Positions 34,714-44,417 of a DNA stretch of 52,189 nt are shown here, one piece after another. The notes beneath the pieces are model-generated. The model was not told the DNA's origin, did not search any database, and worked only from the letters and a program-made list of their open reading frames with translations. Numbering within the stretch: position 1 is the stretch's first letter; the number at the start of each line of letters is the position of its first letter. Position numbers and translations under genes: made by a program. Source of the stretch: Octopus bimaculoides. Taxonomy: Eukaryota. Location: NCBI RefSeq assembly GCF_001194135.2, contig NC_068981.1, forward strand, positions 196,389,107-196,441,295, written 5' to 3'.

Positions 34714-34901
34714 TATTAATAAAATAAGAGATAGAATGTGTAATAGACTTTATTGGGTACAACACATGTTTCGACCCGTTCTGGATCCCATCAGGTACAT
34801 CAATTAAAAGTATCATTAGAGATTTCTTGAGTCGGCTTACGTGCCGCTTTATGGCCATCAAATTCTCGAATCTATTACACATTCCATCTATTTTATTAAT
34901 A
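34714..34901 (-). mobile_element. 188-bp non-coding unit with ~31-bp terminal inverted repeats enclosing an HHR motif
   Basis: 34714-34747 vs reverse complement of 34871-34901 (one mismatch, one 3-nt indel); HHR motif at 34757-34798(-) followed by AATAAA. Confidence 0.6.
34757..34798 (-). ncRNA. Minimal type-I hammerhead-like motif
   Basis: Minus strand GTAC-CTGATGG-GATCC agaac GGGTC-GAAAC-ATGT-GTT-GTAC; stem I GTAC:GTAC, 5-bp stem II with one G:U; A9 is G. Confidence 0.6.
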
Positions 34902-34914
34902 TGATATATGTATA

Positions 34915-35110
34915 TATTCTTTTATTTGTTTCAGTCATTTGACTGCGGCCATGCTGGAGCACCACCTTTAGTCGGACAAATCGACCCTTGGACTTATTCT
35001 TTGTAAGCCTAGTATTTATTCTATCGGCTTCTTTTCCCGAACCGCAAGGTTACGGAGACATAAACACACCAACATCGGTTGTCAAGCGATGGTGGGGGAC
35101 AAACACTGAC
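34915..35110 (-). mobile_element. SINE family A, 3' half
   Basis: tttatttgtttcagtcatttgactgcggccatgctggagcacc...gggacaaacac. Confidence 0.88.
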
Positions 35111-35422
35111 ACATACATACATACACACACGCACACATATGTGTGTGTGTGTGTGTGTATCAGACACGTGCTGTCAGTAATTACTCAGGGTAGGCAGTTG
35201 GCGACTTTTACGTAGTAAAACACTCAAAAAATAAGCGAAACACGACTGAGTTGAAGGCAGAAAACGGTGTTATAGGAGTGTACACGGCACGTATACTACA
35301 GCAGTACTTATCGTAGCTTAAATACTGAGATTGAAAAGCAGGGGCGAATTATGTCTACCTAATCAGCAAAAAAATAATAACTTTTTACCTTGTTATTTTA
35401 TTCAGGTCAGACCTAATATTTC

Positions 35423-35545
35423 TAGGCTCGAAACGTTGAAGACTTTCTCAATTCCCGAGCGTTATACTAACACATCTGCTTGTTTTCAACACCACCTGTC
35501 TTCGTCTGTTGTTGTTGTTTTTTCTTTTGTGAATTCTCCCTATAT
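35423..35545 (+). mobile_element. Penelope-like pLTR family P1, 5'-truncated within the HHR motif
   Basis: taggctcgaaacgttgaagactttctcaattcccgagcg matches the other P1 copies. Confidence 0.65.
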
Positions 35546-35559
35546 ATATATACAAGATA

Positions 35560-35832
35560 GTGTACATTTAAACACAAGAGGAAACTACCTTCAACAGGTA
35601 GTTTTTGCACGCTAGAAGAAGTAGTCAAAACGATCAAAACTATTATTTTATTTGCTAAAAAAATCCTGAAACCTTAGGTCTTACTGAAATAAAATAACAA
35701 GGTAAAAAGTTTTTTATTTTTCATTCCTTTTGAAGATTGCTCTTAAATGTGGTTTTAGTCGCTTTGACTACTTCTTCTAGCGTGCAAAAACTACCTGTTG
35801 AATGTAGTTTTCTATTGTGTTTAAATGTACAC
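35560..35832. mobile_element. 273-bp MITE with ~80-bp TIRs, flanked by ATA
   Basis: gtgtacatttaaacacaa...ttcaacaggtagtttttgcacgctagaagaagtagtcaaa mirrored at the 3' end; ATA at 35557-59 and 35833-35. Confidence 0.85.
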
Positions 35833-35869
35833 ATAGGAGTCTATATCTACTCTAGGCAACTCCAAGCAG

Positions 35870-36250
35870 TCTTCCACTGATATTAACCCTCTTCCACCTT
35901 CCTTTCTAGGTAGGTACAATCTTGCTTCCCCTGCCCTTGGGTGGAGTCCTTCATTCATATTGAAGTCCTTCCTAGTCCTTCTGTCTAGATTTGCTAATTC
36001 AAATTTGTCTGATATACAAAAGCTGCTGAGTATCTAATTAATGATACTGCCCACGTATTTACAGCCTTCATTAGATTCGAACCATTTAGTTTTGACTTCA
36101 CTAGCTTCCTCACCCTTCTGATGTACTCCTTCTCAATTTTCGCTTTCATCTTTGTAGTTAGTACTCTGTTAGATCCTATAACTCCTAATACTCTCAGTTT
36201 TACTTTCAATAAAAAAACGCGTATCCTCTGCAACATTTATTGAGCACTCT
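35870..36250 (-). pseudogene. R4/Dong-like LINE ORF fragment
   Basis: EKEYIRRVRKLVKSKLNGSNLMKAVNTWAVSLIRYSAA...RLYLPRKEGGRGLISVEDC. Confidence 0.85.
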
Positions 36251-36274
36251 TCTCTCATTCATGCGCCAAAAGCT

Positions 36275-36420
36275 AACGTACCGTAACTTAGCAGCTTAGC
36301 AAAAGAGATTGATAGAATAAGTACCAGGCTTAAAAAAGTACCGACGTTGAATCATTCGACTAAACATCTTCAAGGCGGTGCTCCAGCATGGCCACAATCT
36401 ACTGACTGAAACAAGTAAAC
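36275..36420 (+). mobile_element. SINE family A, 3' fragment
   Basis: gtaacttagcagcttagcaaaagagattgatagaataagtaccaggc...gactgaaacaagtaaa. Confidence 0.8.
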
Positions 36421-37057
36421 GTTTATATATATATATATATATATATNNNNNNNNNNNNNNNNNNNNNNNNNNNNNNNNNNNNNNNNNNNNNNNNNNNNNN
36501 NNNNNNNNNNNNNNNNNNNNNNNNNNNNNNNNNNNNNNNNNNNNNNNNNNNNNNNNNNNNNNNNNNNNNNNNNNNNNNNNNNNNNNNNNNNNNNNNNNNN
36601 NNNNNNNNNNNNNNNNNNNNNNNNNNNNNNNNNNNNNNNNNNNNNNNNNNNNNNNNNNNNNNNNNNNNNNNNNNNNNNNNNNNNNNNNNNNNNNNNNNNN
36701 NNNNNNNNNNNNNNNNNNNNNNNNNNNNNNNNNNNNNNNNNNNNNNNNNNNNNNNNNNNNNNNNNNNNNNNNNNNNNNNNNNNNNNNNNNNNNNNNNNNN
36801 NNNNNNNNNNNNNNNNNNNNNNNNNNNNNNNNNNNNNNNNNNNNNNNNNNNNNNNNNNNNNNNNNNNNNNNNNNNNNNNNNNNNNNNNNNNNNNNNNNNN
36901 NNNNNNNNNNNNNNNNNNNNNNNNNNNNNNNNNNNNNNNNNNNNNNNNNNNNNNNNNNNNNNNNNNNNNNNNNNNNNNNNNNNNNNNNNNNNNNNNNNNN
37001 NNNNNNNNNNNNNNNNNNNNNNNNNNNNNNNNNNNNNNNNNNNNNNNNNNNNNNNNN

Positions 37058-37094
<37 letters not shown>

Positions 37095-37100
<6 letters not shown>

Positions 37101-37750
37101 ATCATTTGAGATGTAAATAACAGAGAAACTACACACTCGAAGCAAATGAAACTGAATAGGCTTAATGTTGAGCAACATAAGATTTATTCCCCCAAATTTG
37201 AATATGTGGATTCCATGAACGATTTCACAAATGTTCAATATTTGCACCGTCTGAGACACGGCACACGTTAAGTCGTTAGTCCAGCTCCTCCCAAACACGC
37301 TGCAGCATGTCTTGGGTAACAGTCTTCAGTGCGGTAGTGTTTCTCTGCTCGAGTTCCTCTAGGTTTGCAGGAAGAGGGAGAACATAGACCAGGTCTTTCA
37401 CATACCCCCAGAGAAAATAATCGCAAGGTGTCAGGTCAGGTGAACGTGGCGGTCATTTCAGCAGCACATCGTCTTCATCACGAGCATGCCCGATCCATCT
37501 CGCTCGCAGATCGTCATTGAGATAAACCCGCACAGTGAGCTTCCTGTGAGGTGGAGCCCTGTCCTGTTGAAAAATGAAGTCTTCGTTGTTCATTTGCAAT
37601 GAGCTCATCCATTCCCTAGTTCTGAAGCATTTGCATGTTACGTTTCCCTCAACGAAAAACGGGCCATGAAGACGCTTCTTGGAGATGGCGCAGTGCACAT
37701 CCACTTTTGGTGAGTCCCTGTCATGCTCAACTGTGGCATGGGGATTTTCT
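37095..37750 (-). mobile_element. Tc1/mariner-superfamily transposase C-terminal fragment
   Basis: FIFQQDRAPPH...WPPRSPDLTPCDYFLWGYVKDLVY motif on the minus strand. Confidence 0.85.
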
Positions 37751-37862
37751 TGTATATGATTATTAAAATATTTGTAAAATTTACCTACAAGGTTTTTATT
37801 TCCGCGCTGACCCCTTGGTTAAATCATAAATGATTTTTACCCTTTTTTATAATATATATATA

Positions 37863-37978
37863 TAAATTCTCAAACGCAGGATAATGCTAATAATATAGCC
37901 TGAACAGGATAAACTACCCCTATTTTGCAGAAAAAAGTGTTGGCGGCTTGCTGGCGTTATCCTGCGTTTGAGAATTTA
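37863..37978. mobile_element. 116-bp mini-element with 25-bp inverted ends
   Basis: 37863-37887 vs reverse complement of 37954-37978: 24/25 identical; outermost TA may be a TSD. Confidence 0.55.
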
Positions 37979-38861
37979 AAAATCACTTTNNNNNNNNNNN
38001 NNNNNNNNNNNNNNNNNNNNNNNNNNNNNNNNNNNNNNNNNNNNNNNNNNNNNNNNNNNNNNNNNNNNNNNNNNNNNNNNNNNNNNNNNNNNNNNNNNNN
38101 NNNNNNNNNNNNNNNNNNNNNNNNNNNNNNNNNNNNNNNNNNNNNNNNNNNNNNNNNNNNNNNNNNNNNNNNNNNNNNNNNNNNNNNNNNNNNNNNNNNN
38201 NNNNNNNNNNNNNNNNNNNNNNNNNNNNNNNNNNNNNNNNNNNNNNNNNNNNNNNNNNNNNNNNNNNNNNNNNNNNNNNNNNNNNNNNNNNNNNNTATAT
38301 ATATATATACATATGCATATACATATACATATATATATACATGCATATATGGGTACAGGTTATTACCAACGATTCAAGCAACATGAAATACGTAAACAAA
38401 CAGGTTAGATACATAAACAACGAGAAGAAAATGAAGAAAAGAACAAGTAAACACAGAAGAACCCTTCATCAGTTGCCGTCTGTCTATCTACTTTTCATTT
38501 CGAACATTCAATGACAATATGAGTCTTCAAAGACAGTTGCTCCCATAAATTTTATTTTAAAATTTAGGATTTATACAGGGTTAAAGTTGGGAATAAAAAC
38601 AGGACAGTGGAGACATACAAGGAAACCGAACGAAAACAAACAGGGGTGGGGAGTCGTTAGACCAGAACGAGAGGAAATTAGTGAACGCTGGGAGAAATAG
38701 GTTTTTGAAAAGAGAAAAGATAGAAGATGGAGAAAAAAACATCCGCTCTTTCGAACGTCCGTGCACGAAAAGAAAGATGGTCACATGAGGAAAAGAAAGA
38801 TGGACGATGGTCACGTATACACACACACACACACACACACGCATATATATANNNNNNNNNN

Positions 38862-38905
<44 letters not shown>

Positions 38906-39044
38906 ATCTAGGTAGAGCATGCTCCTCTTGAAGAGCATTTGCGTATCCCATTACTCAAAAGTCATATGTAGATGTTATATTTGTGTGAGGTAGACATAAG
39001 AGTTGAAAATACTGGCAAATTTTTTTTGCAGAGTAATTACGTAA

Positions 39045-39340
39045 GAAAATTGGAGATTGGAAAAAAATTTGGTATTATTTATTCCCAATTGTACTTGTTT
39101 CATTTGCTAATAGGATCTACAAGATTGTACATGAAGGTGAAACATGTAAGATATCTACTATTAGAGAAATTCTTCAGATACAGAATCAGAGGATATTATT
39201 TGATTCTTTGAAGTATTTCTAACATGAAATATCTTATATGTTTTTTTTTACATGCACAACTTTGCAGCTCATATTAGCAAATGAAACATGTGGAATGGAG
39301 AATATATAATACAAAAATTTTCTTTCCAGTCTATTCTTTT
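39045..39340. mobile_element. ~300-bp foldback (palindromic) element
   Basis: Arms align along most of their length, including perfect 17-bp TGTTTCATTTGCTAATA (39096-39112 / 39273-39289) and a central AGAATCA:TGATTCT. Confidence 0.75.
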
Positions 39341-39467
39341 GATATGTATGTATGTGTGTGCGTATAAATGTATGTATGTATGTATGCATGTATGCATGTA
39401 TCTGTGCATGTATGTTTGAACGTAAGTATGTATGTATGCATGTTTATATATATATATATATATATAT

Positions 39468-39595
39468 ACTAGCAGAAATACCCGGCGTTGCCCGGGTTAA
39501 AGAGAATAATGAAATCTAAAAACGCCATACATATACATGTATGTATAGATCGATATATATATACATATACGTGTACATCTATATGTATACATATA

Positions 39596-39634
<39 letters not shown>

Positions 39635-40227
39635 NNNNNNNNNNNNNNNNNNNNNNNNNNNNNNNNNNNNNNNNNNNNNNNNNNNNNNNNNNNNNNNNNN
39701 NNNNNNNNNNNNNNNNNNNNNNNNNNNNNNNNNNNNNNNNNNNNNNNNNNNNNNNNNNNNNNNNNNNNNNNNNNNNNNNNNNNNNNNNNNNNNNNNNNNN
39801 NNNNNNNNNNNNNNNNNNNNNNNNNNNNNNNNNNNNNNNNNNNNNNNNNNNNNNNNNNNNNNNNNNNNNNNNNNNNNNNNNNNNNNNNNNNNNNNNNNNN
39901 NNNNNNNNNNNNNNNNNNNNNNNNNNNNNNNNNNNNNNNNNNNNNNNNNNNNNNNNNNNNNNNNNNNNNNNNNNNNNNNNNNNNNNNNNNNNNNNNNNNN
40001 NNNNNNNNNNNNNNNNNNNNNAAAGTGAAAGTATTTGACATGAGTGTTTTTGTTTCACTTTTGACACGTAACATTTAAATAGTGGAGGAGATATTATGTT
40101 GCCGTGTGCTCGAACTCTGCAAGAAGTTAATTTTTTTTTTTACTAAAACACAACTGGAACCCTAAGTAAGGCATGTGTAAAATTTGAATGAAATTGGTTG
40201 CGTAGTTCTCGAGTTTTAGGGATTCAC

Positions 40228-40258
<31 letters not shown>

Positions 40259-40285
40259 CACATTCTCATTTTTATATATATAGAT
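39468..40285 (+). mobile_element. Non-autonomous Helitron/HINE-like element (internal gap)
   Basis: 5' ACTAGCAGAAATACCCGGCGTTGCCCGGG, subterminal (GACA)n, 3' ttttatatatatagat; resembles Lep1/DINE-1-type architecture. Confidence 0.55.
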
Positions 40286-40439
40286 ATATATATATACATT
40301 TTCACATGAACATTAGAAACTAACATTCTATAAGACCTAGCAGTAGTAATTTTATACGTAAGGTTATGCCAAAGGAAAAATTACTTTTTAAGAGTCACAG
40401 CAAATAGATTAGAAATGGGATTAATGTAATTTAGTTAAT

Positions 40440-40816
40440 CGTAATATTTAATCCATTATTAATCCATTATATACAATATAATGCTCAATCAGATCTTCCT
40501 AATTTCGAAATACTTCGTCTTTTAAGACTTTCAACAACTCCATTGCTTCAACTACGGCTTCTTATTCACGAGTCTTTTATTATGTATCAGCGATTCCAAG
40601 TCTTTGAGAAGATGGTAATCCGTTGAAGAGATGTCAGTGAGTAACGAAGGTCTGGCATGATTTCGTAACCAATCTCTTTGAATTCCTAATATTGATTTGA
40701 AAATATGTGGTGAGGTATTATTATGCATCTTTCTCGGTTAACCATTTTTGACTGTTATGAAACCAGTTCCTTATCAATATCGTCCATTATTTTTACTGCT
40801 CATCTTTATTGCAAAC
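40440..40816 (-). mobile_element. mariner transposase C-terminal remnant
   Basis: Decayed IGYEIMP...S...DYHL.KDLE similar to the HPPYSPDLAPSDYHLF region. Confidence 0.55.
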
Positions 40817-40818
40817 TT

Positions 40819-40819
<1 letters not shown>

Positions 40820-40876
<57 letters not shown>

Positions 40877-40886
40877 CAACAACAAC

Positions 40887-40958
<72 letters not shown>
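40820..40958. repeat. (AAT)n/(AAC)n microsatellite
   Basis: Seen directly. Confidence 0.97.
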
Positions 40959-41189
40959 TGGTATTTGGAGCATTAGGAGCAGTTTCCAAGAGCTTTGAAA
41001 AACATTAAAAATATTGGAGCTGCTGTCAGGCTCGAAGTGATCCGGAAGACAGCATCGTTGGGTACAGCTCGCATTCTAAGGAGAGTATTGTCTCTGAGTC
41101 AGATGAGATGGCACTACTTGAAACGTTTGGTGAGTTGTTATTGCTTGCTGTCAAGTAAAGAACAACTGTAAATAGAACAGCGAGAATCA

Positions 41190-41190
<1 letters not shown>
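40959..41190 (+). mobile_element. R4/Dong-like LINE 3' end, copy 1
   Basis: VFGALGAVSKSFEKH / KNIGAAVRLEVIRKTASLGTARILRRVL (frameshifted RLE C-terminus), followed by (AAC)n(AAT)n. Confidence 0.8.
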
Positions 41191-41263
<73 letters not shown>

Positions 41264-41266
<3 letters not shown>

Positions 41267-41730
41267 GTGAAAGATTTCATACAAAAATCATGCCTCCTCA
41301 TTGATATGACTGTCCGAATCGATATAAACGTATCTGTCAAGACCTATCAAAAACTGAGCGAATATAAAGATCTTGAAATAGAAATTAGCAAAATGTGGAA
41401 CTTGAAGACTAAAACAATACCTGTTGTCATGGGTGCCCTAGGAACGATAGCAAAAAGGACTGATTCCTACCTAGCTCAGATACCAGGAAACCCCAAAATG
41501 ACTGAAGTTCAAAAGATAGGGCTCATGGGAACTGCCCATATCCTACGTAAAATACTATGTAATCTCAAATTTTAAAACAAACTCATAATTTTCTTATGTT
41601 TTCTTAAATATTCTCTAGAACAACACTATGTACAAAACCAAATATATGACACCCTAGGGATAACACAAACATGAACTTCTAACTTGTTTTCTCTCGAGGT
41701 CTCTTGGTGAGACTTGGAACCAACTTGTAC
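41264..41730 (+). mobile_element. R4/Dong-like LINE 3' end, copy 2
   Basis: CLLIDMTV...KLSEYKDLEIEISKMW..KTKTIPVVMGALG...QKIGLMGTAHILRKIL, then 3' UTR. Confidence 0.88.
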
Positions 41731-41769
41731 AAATGCCTGTGTGCGTTGCGCGCGCGCGTGCGAGTATCT

Positions 41770-41950
41770 TGACTGCTGAAATCTACATGTTTTTTGTTCA
41801 TTCTCTCTGTATTTTTTTCTCTTATTCCTTTCTGCTGAAGAGCGTAACCTCGAAACGTAAAAAACTTTTTCATTTTCCCGAGCGTCAAACTAATACACCT
41901 GCTTGTTGTTCATACATCTGTCTTCGTCTTTTGTTTTTCTATAAACGTCA
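41770..41950 (+). mobile_element. Penelope-like pLTR family P1 with HHR motif at 41827-41864
   Basis: CCTTT-CTGCTGA-A-GAGC gtaa CCTC-GAAAC-GTA-AAAAA. Confidence 0.65.
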
Positions 41951-42545
41951 TCTATATCTATATATATATAAATATATATATATGTATTTATGTATGTATA
42001 TGCGTGTGGGTGTGTGTGGTACGTGAGAGAGTGTGTGGGAGTGTATGTGAGTGTAAGTGTATGTATGTATATATGTTTTGATGTATGTATTCTCATGTCT
42101 ATATTTGCCTATCTAGACGTGCTCATATGTACATAAATTATAAACTGGAAAGTTTTACAGATTTTTACAGTTCCGGTGATGGATTGGATCTATAATCTTC
42201 GAATTAGCTTTCTCCTTTCTGGTTTTGAGAAGCCTAATTTCTCAAGATTGGTATTTAGGCAGTGTGAATGTATGTACACATATACATTAATTTGGTCTAA
42301 TCAGCCTCTTACTACTCTGAGTTTCATATGTATGTACACGGGATCTTCAAATAATTTGTGAGTCAGAACATGCCTGGAGACCCTGTGTACCTACAGGTGA
42401 AATAAGAGGCTGATTCGACCAAAATAAAATATCATTAACATCTACAATGATACGAAGTACAACTATTTTTACTGACAAGTAATGCTTAGCAGAAATATAC
42501 ATATGCATACATACATACATGCATACATACATACATATATATATG

Positions 42546-42596
<51 letters not shown>

Positions 42597-42984
42597 TTAA
42601 AGTATGTCTGTCAGACTGTGCTACAAGACTAAATTTTAGTTGCAGATGCAGCGCAGCAAATGAAAAACTGAACTTCTAATGAGTTCCAACTAAAGTGGAA
42701 TAGATCTGACGTTATCTCTTCCGCTTGCTGAAATAATCAATTACTCCCTAATGCCCTCTTTTGGCTACTGCTTTCTAACGACAGCTAAATTTAGAACTGC
42801 ATTCTCTATAACTTCCATTACTATGTTTGCAAGAAGCCACCTGTCATACCTTAATTTCTTTAAAACAGAGCGAATGAAAGCGAAGTTGTACCTTCCTCGA
42901 AATATGGCGCCTGCTGGGAGTGAACAAATTGTTAGACAACAAGCTAAAGGAATAACATAAGTTGAAGCAATTAATTATATGTCA

Positions 42985-43660
42985 ATGTGGTACCTACATA
43001 CAGCTAGGTGAGCTGTACCTAATTATGGTACCCATTCACAGTCCTGGGGATTGTATCCCACTCTGGTACCTACTTACAACTGTGAACTGTACCTCATTAT
43101 GGTGCATACGTACAGCTAGTCGGATTTTATCTCATCATGACACCTGATAATGACTAGGTATTCACACAAATTAGTGAAATTTACCTCGCTGTAGTACTTG
43201 ATAAGAGCAGTACATCACCATGGTACAAACATACAATAGTGAACTCTACGTCAACGTGGTACCTACTTACAGCTACACAGACTGTGCTTTACAATGATAC
43301 ATACTTACAGCGGGGAGTTGTGCCACACTGTAGCGTCTTACGACAACAAAGTGCACTGTACCGTACAATGATAAATTCATTGGGCTGTAGTTTATCAATA
43401 TAAATTCCTTCTGAATTTATCATTATAAATTCCTTCTTAAAGTAGAGAATTGTACCTCGTCGTCGCACCTGATCAGAACTAAGTAAATAGTTGCTTACTG
43501 TTTGGGCCCTATTCAATGGACTGTTGGAACCTGTGGTATCTACTTATAATAGTGAATTGTACTTCATTGTGGTACATGATCAAAGCTAGTTGGCCTGTAC
43601 CTTACGATGGTACCTATATACAATTATAAGGAATGTGTTTCTCTATGATATCTACTTAAG
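42985..43660. repeat. Degenerate ~36-38-bp minisatellite
   Basis: TGGTACCTAC(A/T)TACAGCTAGTGAACTGTACCTCAT-like units starting at 42987, 43025, 43063, 43099 and later. Confidence 0.75.
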
Positions 43661-44126
43661 CGAGATATCATATTAGCTTAACAATCATGGCCATTCAGAA
43701 CCTGTATCGCGAGCATGGAGAACGAAAACATAACAAGAAATGGCTGGACAGAAAACCATGAACTTTCACAAGGATGTCCCAAAAGCCTTATCAAAAAAAG
43801 TCATTCATGTTCTGCAGCCTTTACTTCCGTTCCAATCTTTTGATATTTTTAATCTTCAAAATTATTTCAGAGACTGACTTGGTCATTCCGTAAACATCCA
43901 CGAGGTTCTTATAGTAATTCTCGTCTCTGTAACGGCTGCTGAGTTAAATATTAAAATGTCTTAAAAGGAGATAGACATCTTGGAGTCAGGCGTGACAGTG
44001 TTGAGTTTACTTCCTGCTAGAATATTTAAATTAGCAGGAAATAGGAAAATAAAAACAGTCTTTTTATCTCCTGGTTAACAATTAGTGAGAAAAACATCAT
44101 ATCTTCATTTGAACACAGGGGTATGG

Positions 44127-44190
<64 letters not shown>

Positions 44191-44347
44191 CTCTCACACA
44201 CGCATATAGTAATATTTTAGCATAGACACATGCATTAGTACGTACAGGGATATATTCATAAATGGTAAAATAAATAGCTGCATATCAACATAATATATAC
44301 ACGTTATGTGTAGTATACATGCACACGTAGACGGATAGATAGATGGG

Positions 44348-44415
<68 letters not shown>

Positions 44416-44417
<2 letters not shown>

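Noticed and set aside
39114-39221. Exon-like frame IYKIVHEGETCKISTIREILQ after a TAG acceptor
   Set aside because: Lies wholly within one arm and the loop of the foldback palindrome, which explains the sequence without coding.
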